A stretch of DNA of 64,000 nucleotides from Anthoceros angustus (lineage: Eukaryota; Plantae; Anthocerotophyta): assembly GCA_010909165.1 (NCBI GenBank), contig VJWM01000007.1, forward strand, positions 620,001-684,000, read 5' to 3'. Position 1 is the stretch's first letter, and every line of letters begins with the position of its first letter. The position numbers and the translations under genes were made by a program. Shown piece after piece: positions 1 through 13,560 of the stretch. Under the pieces are notes generated by a model. The model had not been told where the DNA came from. It ran no database searches and saw nothing but the letters and a program-made list of their open reading frames with translations.

Positions 1-2472
1 CAAAAGGGGCTGATGGCTCGGGCCATTTGCAACAACAACTCTGGCACCATTCGCCTTCTTCCTCGTGGAAGTTGATCCACGTGCAAGATAGTGAGAATGT
101 CGTCCAAGAGCTCATCTCTTCCACCACGCATTGGATCCTGCGCGCACACCAAATATGCGACCCAATCGATTAGGATCAGGGAAGACACAATCGCCGTTTG
201 CAGTCCAAAGCTTTCATTCGGGGGCCAACCTGAAGGATCAAATCCGTGTGAGTCTTATCAGGATACAGTCGGAAAGTGACATCCGCGCCAACCGAACGCA
301 GGCTCTCTGCAAAGCTAAAACTGTAGCACACACAGCAAACAAGCATGAGGGCAGGTTAGCCAAGAACTCTCTCGCTTACGAATCAAAGTATTCCTCGAAC
401 GACAATATACCTGGCATCACACGGGATGGAATAATCTGCATCGCCATGAAAGAGAGCCATAGAAGGCAGATGCTTGGCAGCATCTTTGTACGAGGGGCTT
501 TGCACCTCAAGATCAGGGGAAAACTTCGCCAAGTTGTCCTCACCCTCCACGATGCTGTAACATTCGAGAGAGCAGCAAGAATTCTCAGGTTATCAACGAC
601 CTAAGTAAAATGACATGTGTACCCTGTCCACTAGGGATCCGAAGGCGATTTGGGTTAGAAATCAACTGAAAAGCTCCACAATAGGCAAGAGATCTGTAGC
701 CAAGTCAGAGTTATCACCTGACAAACAGTGAACGATACAACCCCCGTAGATGAAAATGGTTAACCAGCTTACAGAGATTGTACCTACATTCCAGAAGTAT
801 AATGAGCGAAGCCCCTGAAAACTTTCTTCATTCGACAACAGACTTCACAGGAATTTTCATCAATCTCACCCGCCAGAAATGCCTACGAATGCCTGAAATT
901 GAGAAGACCTCCAAGTCAGCGAGGAGCCGTCAAGCTCTTCTTTGTTGGCTTGTTGAACTAGGGCATGAGCCGCAAGATGTGCACCAGCTGATTGACCAGC
1001 TAGATATAGTCTGATTTGAATGGCAGACATAATGTCAGCCAAATGCAACACAGACATGTAGCTCCTTAAAGAAAGTGACCCTGTGATATGGGTCTATGGC
1101 ATGCTCACCTCTTGGGATCACCTCCAAAGTGTGTCACATTGTTCACAACAAAAGATATGCCCTTGATGATATCCTCGGTCATGTCACTCATGCTTCCCTG
1201 GGGAAAGTTCCTAGCAGTCACGGCAATGGCAGTCTCAGGGAAATCAGAGCTGCAGCTTGCCAGACCCTCCGCAAGTTTGTTGTTAGCAAGAACCACCTGT
1301 AATCAATACAAGCTACAATGATGTCGTTCTCGACAAGCTGCTGAGCGAGTAGGGCTCCCCAGGCCTTGTACCTGCAAACTCATTGCGGGCGATAAACTCA
1401 AGGTCAACTATAAGTAGAAGGGCTTGCAGTGGGAGACTTCGAAGCTATAACATTTGCAACTGCAGATTAACAGTGAGCAAGTACATGAGTCAAGCAACAG
1501 AGGTTTGTTTGCCCAACCCAATAATCCAAGCACCTCCAGTGATGAACACCACCACCGTTTTGGGCTCCTTACAGCCTCCATCTGGTAAATACAGATCTAA
1601 CCTGCCCCAGAACGTTATCCATCAATACAGGCACGTTTGCAGCAACATTCACGCGAGCTCAGCTACTAGGTGGTCACCTGTTCCTCGGATTTTCACCATA
1701 GGTGACGCTTCGATGGACGTTCTTGGAGAAGAAATAGTAATAACCAACTGCAGCAGAAGGATGCAATCGGAGAAAAGGAAGTTAATGAACCGTCCCACAG
1801 CCAGTGTTGACAACTTGTCATTTTCAAACAGAAATAACCCTCCCATCCAGCTCATCCGCCGCAGAACACAGCGAGCTGTGCTCGAGAACAACCAGGCGTA
1901 GGAAAGGAAGTCTTACTTTGAAGAAATCCGGGCGATAAACACAAGGCGTACAAGCCAAGGGCCAAGAGTTTGGTAATCCATCGATAGCCCAACCTGAATA
2001 TTCAGCGTGCCCAGACACCTTGTCAGACAATGCAACAGCGCAAGCACGTGTCAGGAATGCCAAACTCCACAGTAGCCCAGCCATTTTTCCACAAGCACCC
2101 GTACCCCAGATAAGTCAGCAAGCTGAAAGTGAGCCGGGTGATGAGCCAGGTTTCAGCTGCTGCGTGCTCGATCTCTCTTCTCAGGGACTGTCGTTGCGGG
2201 TGCCGCAGAATGGCAGTGTCCGTGACAGTTCTCCTCAAGGGCAACCGCCGCTCCTTGCAAGCTGGTCGCTTCGTCAGCAGGGCTGCATCTGCGGAGAGCT
2301 GGTGGCGAATAGTGATTCCATGCTTCGACAGAAGCCGCTGGCTCTCGCCGTCGTCCAGTTCTTGGATCTCGGGAACGGTCAGGCAAGGGCTCGATTGGCG
2401 CAGCGGGGAAGGGTGTGCCACCAATGGATCTGCACAATGAAGCGGGCACGGCCGCCTGGAATAAAATTCCAT
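1..2472 (-). CDS. ICME: Isoprenylcysteine alpha-carbonyl methylesterase (ICME-like alpha/beta hydrolase), multi-exon; stop codon falls at the window edge
   Basis: Manually translated exons: [45 protein letters not shown]...[18 protein letters not shown], nucleophile motif [37 protein letters not shown]-terminal [19 protein letters not shown]; GT-AG introns. Confidence 0.92.
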
Positions 2473-3381
2473 CCAAGCACTAGAAACGGAAATAGACTAC
2501 GTCGGGTCGGAGGACGCTGGCGTGAGCGGCAGCGGCAGCAGCAGCAGCGGCGCACCTTGGGATGAAGCGATCAGAAGAGCATCTGGCACAAAGGCTCCCA
2601 CCCGGTCCCCATTCGGAAAGGCCTTGTGGCCCTGCATGGATCTTCCGTGGACGCCCAGTGGTAGGCTAAGCGTATCACTCCCTACGGAATTGGGGAGTCT
2701 GAAACAAGAGAAGGCGCAAGAGAGCTGCCGCGGGCCATACGCACCCCGTTCCGCGCTCCTTGTAAGGCAGTGACGAGTGTTGACAAGCGGTGAGCTGTGG
2801 CGCGCAGGATAACATGGCCGCCTCCTACAACAGGCAACTGGGCACTGCTAACTTCCGCCACCGATATCGGCGTAATACATTCCGCTACTGGACAGCGCCG
2901 ACCGGCACTACCTATTCCAGTTCAAGGGCAGATTAATTACCGTGGACCCAGCTGGACCGACGTTGGACGATACGTCGGGACTCGTCTCCACAGAAGCCAT
3001 GGGTAGAGTCGACCAAGCCGTGTTGCACATTAGTCTAGAGAACCTAATCTAAGCACATTAAACTAGAGCAACGTAGGCTAAATTTAAGAGATAAATACTT
3101 GGCTGCATATATAGTTCCGTAATCGATAGAACCATTCCATAGGAAATAATTATGTTTTATTTCTCTCAAGTAATATGAATATTATCCCGGTGCATGCCGA
3201 AATTCCCACTATCTATGTATGCGCGTGCCCAACTGCTTGGCTGTCCTTGTTTTGGGAGCGTTGGCCAACTGTCCGAAAGCCGTTTGACAAATCTAGTGCG
3301 CATCAGTGGTGGGGTGAGAGCGCGCAACAGCGCTAGTTGATCCCACGACGAGCGCGTGCAAGAAGTACTTGATCGCGCATA

Positions 3382-3682
3382 GGAACCACCGATGATGGCA
3401 CGCTTCGAGATCCCACGATGAGGGCGGACTGGAACCACCGGGGATGGTGCACAGGAAGCACCGAGGATAGCACACAAGAAGCATCGGAGATGGTGCATAA
3501 GAACCACCAGGGATGGTTAAGGGGTCATTTTGAGATGACTGATCTTGGAGAAATGTCGTGAAACCAACAGTTGGGAGACATTGGATGTGCAAGAATGCCT
3601 GGAGATGGGCTCAGTCCCAGCGTCCCAGGACACCCTCAGTCTCGACGTCCCGGGACACTCTTAGCCCTAGCGTCCCGAGACT
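3382..3682. repeat. Two adjacent minisatellites: 23-bp unit x4 (3431-3522, plus an outlier at 3382) and 25-bp unit x about 3 (3611-3682)
   Basis: Units GGAACCACCGGGGATGGTGCACA-like at 3431/3454/3477/3500; TCAGTCCCAGCGTCCCAGGACACCC-like at 3611/3636/3661. Confidence 0.85.
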
Positions 3683-4174
3683 TACATTGAATCTACTACT
3701 TGCATGCCCTAGCCTTATTTTCCTTTTCAAGATAGGCTATTGCTAGTTTCTTAAAGGCTATATATGTGCCCAATTGATTGGCGGCTTACATAAGTTTTCA
3801 ACATGATTAGTTAGGGCTTGTTTCATGAATGTTGCGTAGAGGTTGACTTTAGGTTTGGCCATGGTTTATACCCTAGATGCGCTGGACAGGTGTAGGACGG
3901 CCATGATGGCTCACACCAAGGGAGGCGAGTCTGTTGGAATCATAAGGAGGAAGAAAGCTAACCGCTACTCGAATCTAAACGTGGAGATGATGATGGGCGT
4001 TGAGCTAAAAGGAGCGAGGGCGCACATTATTGTTGTTGTTGAAGTCACGCCAGCGGCGTTGAGAATTGCGGAGAACATTGGAGCATTCTTGGCTCTTGGA
4101 ATGAGAGATTTGCTAACGTTTTTCTTGTGATCTTGCTTGTGAGAGTGGTTCATGGTGCAAGGGCGCCATTTCCA

Positions 4175-4742
4175 GACCTCCAGCCTCACAATCTTGTGAG
4201 GCCCCTTCAATTTTCAGTACCATGTTGTCCAACAGCATGCGTTGTTTCTTCACTTCAACAATCGGTGAGATTTGAGGAGGATTGAGCTGGAGGGAGGCAG
4301 CGGCGCAGCTACAGCACTGCAGCATCCCTAGGACGCCTCAAATCTAGCACTTAGATCTTTATTTCATTGCAATCTGGCACTGAGGACAGGAGCGGGGAGG
4401 CATTGATTTTGGAGAAGGGGCACGGCAAGGCACTACTGGGCAGCCCCGCAGGATTGGGGACCTCCACCTCACAATCTTGTGAGGCCCCTTCAATTTTCAG
4501 GACCATGTTGTCCAACAGCATGCGTTGTTTCTTCACTTCAACAATCGGTGAGATTTGAGGAGGATTGAGCTGGAGGGAGGCAATTCTGACAGACTGAGCA
4601 TCCCTAGGACGCCTCAAATCTAGCACTTAGATCTTTATTTCATTGCAATCTGGCACTGAGGACAGGAGCGGGGAGGCATTGATTTTGGAGAAGGGGCACG
4701 GCAAGGCACTACTGGCGTGACCTGCAGGATTGGGGACCTCCA
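4175..4742. repeat. Tandem duplication of a roughly 280-bp unit
   Basis: Near-identical blocks start at 4175 and 4459; GACCTCCA occurs at 4175, 4459 and 4735. Confidence 0.92.
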
Positions 4743-5796
4743 CGGTATCCTGACCACTTCAACCTTCAATCCTCCAGATATGCAACGCACCTACAGTGGA
4801 GCAGCTATCTTGGAGGAATCGATTTTCTCAAAGACACGATCGGTTTCCGGACCTAATATCCTTCACGAGGTGGATTTGGTGGTGAAGAGATTCAATTTCT
4901 TATGTCTTGGCATTGTGAATTTTTCCAACAGCAAATCAGTGATTTTGGACAGGAATAGGTAGGAATTGCCCTGGGCATTCTCTGATTTCTTATCATATAT
5001 CCTGCTGATCTGATTTGATTCTCATTGCTAATTTGGAGGTTTTCCCTCATCTTGGCATTTAAGCCCTCGTGGGAAGCGTAGATCAGTGCTGGACACCAGA
5101 TCTGAAGGACCAGCAGTCCGAGTGGTTGCCTCAATATGGACTGATTTCTCGAACTAGTGCCGAATTTCACTAGTCAATGGCTTGGCCTCCTCCAATCTCA
5201 GCTTGGACTCCTCTCTTTTAGCAGCATAGTGTGTGGTTCTACGTAGAACGCTGAGATTTCTCTAGCCGCATGGTTGGGATGCTAAATGTTAGTTGCTGAT
5301 TTTCATTCCTTTAACTGCTTTTCTCACATCTCAATTTTTGTTGATCAGCATTTCAGTACAGGCCGTGACGGCTTGTGCTGAGTTTTACTAGACTGTGCTT
5401 TCAATTTTTCAATCACAGCTGTGGAGCTGACCCTTTCTCTTGTGCGTGCTTTCATGGGGGATGCATTCTAAGGAGGATACAAGCCCACGTTACAGGCTTT
5501 GAACCCGTAACATTCCCAACCGAGTCACTCCCGAGTGCCTACAGCCCAGGAGGAGGAGGACAGCAAGGCGACAGCAGCAGTGGTTAGAGGAGGTGGAGGA
5601 CGGCATCAGGCCCGAGACACCGCCCTCTACCTCAAGATTTGTAGCCTGCTAGTCTCCCTTGACCGAGCTTACCACATGCTAGTCGACAAAAGAACTCCTT
5701 TTTTGATGCGGGGCTAGCACAATTGGCAGTCCATGGTGAGAAGGGAGAATTCAGATTTGCCAGTGTGGTGAAAGAGAAGGAGAATGTTGGCTGCCT

Positions 5797-5870
5797 CAGC
5801 ACCAGCCATACTCGGGACAATCCCAGCACCAGCCATACTCAGGACAGTCCTAGCACCAGCCATACTCAGC
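5797..5870. repeat. 27-bp tandem repeat x about 2.7
   Basis: CAGCACCAGCCATACTCGGGACAATCC-like units at 5797, 5824 and 5851. Confidence 0.88.
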
Positions 5871-6199
5871 ACGTGCACGTGCTTGTACTGGTAGCAAGTA
5901 GAATTCAACATATAGCTTGCTATGGATGCAAGGATGGCGATATTGAGCCTTCTACGTTAATGATTGCTGCATTAACCTTGTTGGTATGAGTCAGGTAGTA
6001 TCTAAGCCATTATCTTGAAAATATAATAATAAAAGTTAAAACAACAAGAAATTAGGATAAATATCAAGAGGTAGTGCATGAGCATAATTAAAATATAATC
6101 AAGAGATAGATCATAGGACACATAACGAGAAATGATTGGGTCTATCAAAAGGCTGCCTCAATCAAATTTTTATCATAAACCAGGCAAAAAGTAACTCAC

Positions 6200-7300
6200 G
6201 CTTTAAGCTGCTGTAAACTGGTAGTCCCATATTATAAATAGTGAGCCCTACTCAATGTCGCCCGTCTGCCAGATGCATTTCTCCACAACTTGAACCGTTA
6301 TCCAATCCCCATCCTTGGGCAAAAGTTCTGGCCATAAAATTGGTGTTAGCACCACATTTAAGCAAAATGCGACAATGCTGACTGTTTACCTGTCCCTACA
6401 AAGTGAACAACTCTCGTATTCGTGGGCTTTGGTGGATACTTACCACAGGGGTATCACCACGAGGCTGCCCTAGCCCAGCACGTTCCCTTAAGACTACTGG
6501 GTAGGCTTGTTTTCCATACCTACAACCCCTTGTACCTCGCTGACCTGTCGAGCAGCAGGAGGAACTCGTGCTCCGGCAGCCTATTGTCGTCCTCGTCCTC
6601 GATCACCTTGGCCTCGAGCAAATCGTTGCGGACAATCTTTAGCACGATGACCCCACCCATTATGCGTATAACACTGACCTTAAAGTGCTTGCGCTTGGGG
6701 TTTCATAGGGGCTCTCCATCTCCAGATCCCAAGCCCCCAAATTTCATGGCTTATACCAATCTCTAAACTCGTGGTACAAAGCATCAGCGGACTCCGCAAT
6801 CTGAACTGCTTACTCAAATGTGTGGCACTGCTTCTGAACAACACCCTTACGAACGGCATGTTTCACACCTATGGAATACTTGTCTAGTTTCTTTTCATCC
6901 GTGATGCCGGGGAGGCTCATGACGACCGTGCGAAACTTGCGAGTGTATGTTGCAATCGTTATCTGCTATGTCAATCGATCCAACTTCTCTCGAGCAACCT
7001 GCCTTGCTTTCAAGGGCACGAATTCTGCATGGACCAGCTGTACAAACTCGTCAAGGCTCCGATGCGCTCCTACCGCTCCTTGCGAAATCGACCAAAGCAA
7101 CTACACCCACCACAACAGAGCCGCCCCCTTCGAGTACGTAGCTGCCATCTGTATCTCTTACCCCGGCTCAGTCCTGCTTAGCTGAATATACGTCTTCACT
7201 TGGTGGATCCAGAGTTTGACCTCCATCAGGTCCTCCTTGCCTTCAAAATTGTTAGGCTTGGATATCTTCGACCCAACCGTTGCCCTTTGTGGTCCGTGCG
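6200..7300 (-). mobile_element. Degenerate Ty3/gypsy gag, zinc knuckle and aspartic protease
   Basis: Minus-strand translation: SKPNNFEGKEDLMEVKLWIHQVKTYIQL, MAATYSKGAALLWW, AREKLDRL, TYTRKFRTVVMSLP (Retrotrans_gag-like); knuckle GQCYTHNGWGHRAKDCP; protease-like ILLKCGANTNFMARTFA...MHLADG; several stops. Confidence 0.8.
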
Positions 7301-10167
7301 CACGTCAGCTCAACCACTATAGCACAGGCCACGCCATCAGACGGCCGCAGCCTCCATCTAAGGCATAAGGGCATCTCTCCTCGACACGTATCTCGATCGC
7401 CTTAGCTCGTGGTGAGCTTAGGCAAGCATCCGAGCTAGTCAGGTACGGTCGAGACCTTCCTCCATGGTGGACTCTTCTGATGGCATGACATAATAAACAG
7501 GTTAGAACATTCCTGCCCTAAACCCTAAGCCCTAAACCCAAGGCCATAATCGATTGCAATGATCAAGCTCGATTCCGCTTGTCATGAGTCGAACTTGCAA
7601 AACTAGGTAGTCCACTTGTACCGGGAGGAATGTGTCCACTATTAAGGGAGTCGGGCTTTATGCAGCTTTGCGTGGTACATGCCACTGATTGTGGTGGTAA
7701 CCTCGTCATGATCACGCCAGCGGATTATCCACCTCTAATTGCGGAAGGCGCTATCAAAACTTATAGTGACAAGAAACCTTTTGGCCATTATCTCAACCAT
7801 TGCAACTCCAAGTCCCTTGAAACGAATACAATAGTTAGAGGATAAAACAAACTGAGTTAGTTACAACTAACTAAGAGGTAACTAGCGCAGGTTAGACTAG
7901 CTAGAGTTATCTAGCGAACGGTTTGTGACTCTTCATATTGACGCTATAAAAGCCCAAATTGTTCTTCATAATTAAAAGCATTTGTTTCTCAGTTTCATAT
8001 GCTTCCGCACAAGCTCTTCCAACTCCAATACAAATTGCCTATGTGAAACAAGTAGATTGATGTATAGCAACTTGAAAAGGCCTTATGCAAATTATATGCA
8101 GTTTGGAAGGCCACAACTACATCGCTTCTAACCTTCCATAAGTAGCTCAATTGCCACATCATCCAAATACCCTTAAGGTTGCATTGGATAGATAATGCAT
8201 AGCAGGACGTAGTCGTCGAGAGTTGAAGTCTCTACGTAAGGCATCGCCACAAGACATCGTCATACAACGTCGCCACAGTTGGTCGTCATAGGACGTCGCC
8301 TCGAGACATTGTCACTCCATCAAGACATCAGTACCTAAGCATCCTGTCCACCAAATTCCCTTCTGTGTCAATCAACGTTGTCTTTGCTCCTTCTGCCGTT
8401 TATTCTTCACACAAAATCCTAAAAAGAGGGGAAAATACTATAAAAGCACAAATTAGCTGGCAAAGCCGACAAATTGTGGACTTCACATACCAAATTAGTA
8501 GAAGATGACGGTCCCTTCATAAATAAACTCAAATGGTCAAGGTATACGAATACTTAGGAGTCAACATATACACAAGAAAAATTGTGCATGAAGATGTACA
8601 GAGGGTTAAAGCAAAACTATGTGCGATGCAAAACTATATTACAAGGGAAAATATGAACATGACGGGATTTCTCTTCACTTGGTGGATCCGAGTTTGACCT
8701 CCATCAGGTCCTCCTTGCCTTCAAAATTGTTAGGCTTGGATATCTTCGACCCAACCGTTGCCCTTTGTGGCTGCCGCTGAGCTGCTGCGGCCACCTCAAC
8801 CACTATAGCCTGGGCCACTGCAACTCGCACGGCCGCAGCCTCCATCTAAGGCATAAGGGCATCTCTCTCCGCACAATGCATCTCAGACTGCCTTAGCTCG
8901 TGGTGAGCTTAGGCAAGCATCCGAGCTAGTCAGGTACGGTCGAGACCTTCCTCCATGGTGGACTCTTCTGATGGCATGACATAATAAACAGGTTAGAACA
9001 TTCCTGCCCTAAACCCTAAGCCCTAAACCCAAGGCCATAATCGATTGCAATGATCAGCCAAGCTCTGATTCCAGTTGTCATGAGTCGAACTTCGCAAACT
9101 AGGTAGTCCACTTGTACCGGGAGGAATGTGTCCACTATTAAGGGAGTCGGGCTTTATGCACTGGCTTGCGTAGTACATGCCACTGATTGTGGTGGTAACC
9201 TCGTCATGATCACGGCCAACAGCGGATTATCCAGCCTCTAATTGCGGAAGACTGAGCGCTATCAAAACTTATCCGTGACAAGAAACCTTTTGGCCATTAT
9301 CTCAACCATTGCAACTCCAAGTCCCTTGAAACGAATACAATAGTTAGAGGATAAAACAAACTGAGTTAGTTACAACTAACTAAGAGGTAACTAGCGCAGG
9401 TTAGACTAGCTAGAGTTATCTAGCGAACGGTTTGTGACTCTTCATATTGACGCTATAAAAGCCCAAATTGTTCTTCATAATTAAAAGCATTTGTTTCTCG
9501 CTTTCATATGCTTCCGCAAGCTCTTCCAACTCCAATACAAATTGCCTATGTGAAACAAGTAGATTGATGTATAGCAACTTGAAAAGGCCTTATGCAAATT
9601 ATATGCGCTTTGGAAGGCCACTACATCGCTTCTAACCTTCCATAAGTAGCTCAATTGCCACATCATCCAAATACCCTTAAGGTTGCATTGGATAGATAAT
9701 GCATAGCGGGGCGTAGTCGCCGAGAGTTGAAGTCTCGTAAGGCATCGCCACAAGACATCGCCATACAACGTCCACGCTTGGTCGTCAGGGGCGTCGCCTC
9801 GAGACATTGTCACTCCATCAAGACATCGGTACTAAGCATCCTGTCCACCAAATTCCCTTCGTGTCAATCAACGTTGTCTTTGCTCCTTCTGGCGTTTATT
9901 CTTCACACAAAATCCTAAAAAGAGGGGAAAATACTATAAAAGCACAAATTAGCTGGCAAAGCCGACAAATTGTGGACTTCACATAGTAGAAGATGACGGT
10001 CCCTTCATAAATAAACTCAAATGGTCAAGGTATACGAATACTTAGGAGTCAACATATACACAAGAAAAATTGTGCATGAAGATGTACAGAGGGTTAAAGC
10101 AAAACTATGTGCGATGCAAAACTATATTACAAGGGAAAATATGAACATGACGGGATTTCTCTTCACT
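7193..10167. repeat. Tandem duplication of a roughly 1.48-kb unit (7193-8671 and 8672-10159)
   Basis: The same sequence is read twice with many small indels; TCTTCACT at 7193, 8672 and 10160. Confidence 0.92.
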
Positions 10168-10330
10168 GTTTACGATATTTGCTTCAACCACCATACTTGT
10201 AAAAGACACTTGTACTTGAAGGAGTCCATCTTACAAATGAAACCTCTGCCAGGAAAAGGAATTACTAGCCAAGGGAGTAGCGGATACCTCACATCACCGA
10301 TAATGTCTTCTCTAATGCAAAACCATTAAT
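10010..10330 (+). mobile_element. Possible degenerate non-LTR (LINE) reverse transcriptase C-terminal fragment; further copies near 8530 and 11950
   Basis: LKW/VKVYEYLGVNI resembles the YKYLG motif of non-LTR RT domain 7; no YADD motif seen. Confidence 0.35.
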
Positions 10331-10469
10331 TGGGATGCAACACCCACTTAGATGTCTTCCAACATTTGCCAAAAGATACTACTCATTATTGCACAATGTA
10401 TTCGCATGTCGTTAGTTGCACTAGGCCATCATGCCATAATAACTAGAGCGTTGCGGCGACTGGAGCTCA

Positions 10470-11400
10470 TCGCCTCTATGTCCAAGCCCCGAAGTGTGAA
10501 TTCTTGCAAGAACGTCTGGAGTATTTAGGGCACATCATTGATGCTGAAGGTATCTGTGTAGACCCCACGAGATTCTGACTACTTTGGTGACTACCTCTAT
10601 GTTGGCATACTCTAATCCAGCCTTCCCTTTATTGTTACAGCTAATGCCTCCAATCTTGCCGTCAGTGTGGTCCTTCAACAAGACCAAGGCCAAGGACGCC
10701 AGCCGATTGCTTACTTCTCGCGAAAATTGGAGGGTGCCGAGTTGCATTGGACAAGCAGTGAAAAGGAGACTCAAGCTTAGGTCCTGGCTTTAAAGACTTG
10801 GCACTGTTTCTTGGAGGGTGCCCCTTTTGAGCTCGAGACAGATCATTGCCCTCAAAATTATCTCAAGCAGCAGACTCTCTCTCAAGCAAGCCCGGCTTGT
10901 TTAGAATACTAGTATCAAATCCGATATGTCAAGGGTCGTCACAACCAAGTTGCTGATGCTTTAAATATGATTCATACTAACGCACTTTAAAGTTGCGATT
11001 CAACCTAATTGGTAGGATGAAATTGCAAGGGCTCTCATATAGGATGTCGATGCCCACTCTACTTTTCATGCCCTTCGAGCTGGCTCCTTTGATTGGGCTA
11101 GGTGGGATGGTCTTCTATGGTATCGTTATCGGCTCTTCGTTCCTCAGGTCCCTCATATATGCCGGGCCTTGATTTCTAAAGCCCACAATGTTCCATTTGC
11201 AGGCCACCAGGGTGTAAATTGTACTACTACCATTCTTAGTCGGCTCTATTCTTGGCCTCAACTCACTGAGGATGTGTGAGATTATGTCCTCCTCTGCAAC
11301 TTCTACCAACACAACAAAGCTTGTCATCAATGTCCTACTAGCCAGCTCCAACCCTTGCCTGTCCCTTTGCTTCCTTGGGAGCAAGTCACACTTGACTTCA
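10470..11400 (+). mobile_element. Degenerate Ty3/gypsy pol (RT end, RNase H, integrase HHCC region), first copy
   Basis: KCEFLQERLEYLGHIIDAEG; IVTANASNLAVSVVLQQ...PIAYFSRKL; FELETDH; AHNVPFAGHQG; LQPLPVPLLPWEQVTLDFI. Confidence 0.88.
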
Positions 11401-12379
11401 TAATTAAAAGCATTTGTTTCTCGGTTTCATATGCTTCCGCACAAGCTCTTCCAACTCCAATACAAATTGCCTATGTGAAACAAGTAGATTGATGTATAGC
11501 AACTTGAAAAGGCCTTATGCAAATTATATGCGTTTGAAGGCCACAACTACATCGCTTCTAACCTTCCATAAGTAGCTCAATTGCCACATCATCCAAATAC
11601 CCTTAAGGTTGCATTGGATAGATAATGCATAGCATGACGTAGTCGTCGAGAGTTGAAGTCTCTACGTAAGGCATCGCCACAAGACATCGTCATACAACGT
11701 CGCCACAGTTGGTCGTCATAGGACGTCGCCTCGAGACATTGTCACTCCATCAAGACATCGATACTAAGCATCCTGTCACCAAATTCCCTTCGTGTCAATC
11801 AACGTTGTCTTTGCTCCTTCACGCGTTTATTCTTCACACAAAATCCTAAAAAGAGGAAAATACTATAAAAGCACAAATTAGTCAAAGCCGACAAATTGTG
11901 GACTTCACATACCAAATTAGTAGAAGATGACGGTCCTTCATAAATAAACTCAAATGGTCAAGGTATACGAATACTTAGGAGTCAACATACACAAGAAAAA
12001 TTGTGCATGAAGATGTACAGGGTTAAAGCAAAACTATGTATGCAAAACTATATTACAAGGGAAAATATGAACATGACGGATTTCTCTTTGTACGATATTT
12101 GCTTCAACCACCATACTTGTAAAAGACACTTGTACTTGAAGGAGTCCATCTTACAAATGAAACCTCTGCCAGAAAAGGAATTACTAGCCAAGGGAGCGGA
12201 TACCTCACATCACCGATAATGTCTTCTCTAATGCAAAACCATTAATTGGGATGCAACACCCACTTAGATGTCTTCCAACATTTGCCAAAAGATACTACTC
12301 ATTATTGCACAATGTATTCGCATGTCGTTAGTTGCACTAGGCCATCATGCCATAATAACTAGGCGTTGCGGAGCTCATC

Positions 12380-13560
12380 GCCTCTATGTCCAAGCCCAAG
12401 TGTGAATTCTTGCAAGAACGTCTGAGTATTTAGGGCACATCATTGATGTCAAGGTATCTGTAGACCCACGAGATTGACTACTTTGGTGACTACCTCTATG
12501 TTGGCATACTCTAATCCAGCCTTCCCTTTATGTGACTAATGCCTCCAATCTTGCCGTCGGTGGTCCTTCAACAAGACCAAGGCCAAGGGCGCCGACCGAT
12601 TGCTTACTTCTCGCGAAAATTGGAGGGTGCCGAGTTGCATTGGACAAGCAGTGAAAAGGAGACTCAAGCTTAGGTCCTGGCTTTAAAGACTTGGCCTTTC
12701 TTGGAGGTGCCTTTGAGCTCGAGACGGATCATCAAAATTATCTCAAGCTCTCTCTCTCTCAAGCAAGCCCGCTGGCTTGAGTTGCTTCAGCAGTACTAGT
12801 ATCAAATCCGATATGTCAAGGGTCGTCACAACCAAGTTGCTGATGCTTTAAATATGATTCATACTAACGCACTTTCTGAGTTGCAGATTCAACCTAATTG
12901 GTAGGATGAAATTGCAAGGGCTCTCATATAGGATGTCGATGCCCACTCTACTTTTCATGCCCTTCGAGCTGGCTCCTTTGATTGGGCTAGGTGGGATGGT
13001 CTTCTATGGTATCGTTATCGGCTCTTCGTTCCTCAGGTCCCTCATATATGCCGGGCCTTGATTTCTAAAGCCCACAATGTTCCATTTGCAGGCCACCAGG
13101 GTGTAAATTGTACTACTACCATTCTTAGTCGGCTCTATTCTTGGCCTCAACTCACTGAGGATGTGTGAGATTATGTCCTCCTCTGCAACTTCTACCAACA
13201 CAACAAAGCTTGTCATCAATGTCCTACTAGCCAGCTCCAACCCTTGCCTGTCCCTTTGCTTCCTTGGGAGCAAGTCACACTTGACTTCATAACCGGACTG
13301 CCTCGCACTGCTACTGGCTTTGATGCATTGCTAGTCTTCACGGATAAGCTTATTGGTCAAGTGCTCCTTGCCCCCACTACTGAGACATGCTCTATTAAAC
13401 AAATTGCTGACTTGTTTTTGAAAGTGGTTTATCGTGCCCATGGCCTCCCTCGCTCTCTTGTGAGTGATCGTGAGTACAAGTTTACGTCCCGCTTCTGGCA
13501 AGTGGTTCACTGTGGTCTTGGCATCAAGCCCCTGTGTGTCTACTACCTTTCACCCTCCGA
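12380..13560 (+). mobile_element. Second copy of the gypsy pol fragment, continuing into the integrase core; truncated
   Basis: ORF 13244-13576: PWEQVTLDFITGLPRT...GFDALLVFTDKL...HGLPRSLVSDREYKFTSRFW (rve integrase core motifs). Confidence 0.9.

Larger units (their letters stand above)
9473..13292. repeat. Tandem duplication of a roughly 1.9-kb unit (9473-11395 and 11396-13284)
   Basis: The same sequence is read twice (ORFs 11115-11384 and 13004-13273 are identical); CTTCATAA at 9473, 11396 and 13285. Confidence 0.92.

Noticed and set aside
5492-5508. tRNA T-arm-like hairpin (ACGGG-TTCAAAG-CCTGT, minus strand)
   Set aside because: No matching acceptor stem, D-arm or anticodon arm.
3382-5870. 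Short repeat arrays as CRISPR-like loci
   Set aside because: Contiguous tandem units without unique spacers, no cas genes, and a eukaryotic context.
7740-7780. Possible LTR end and primer-binding site of the minus-strand gypsy element
   Set aside because: No TGG-initiated tRNA-complementary PBS and no partner LTR identified.
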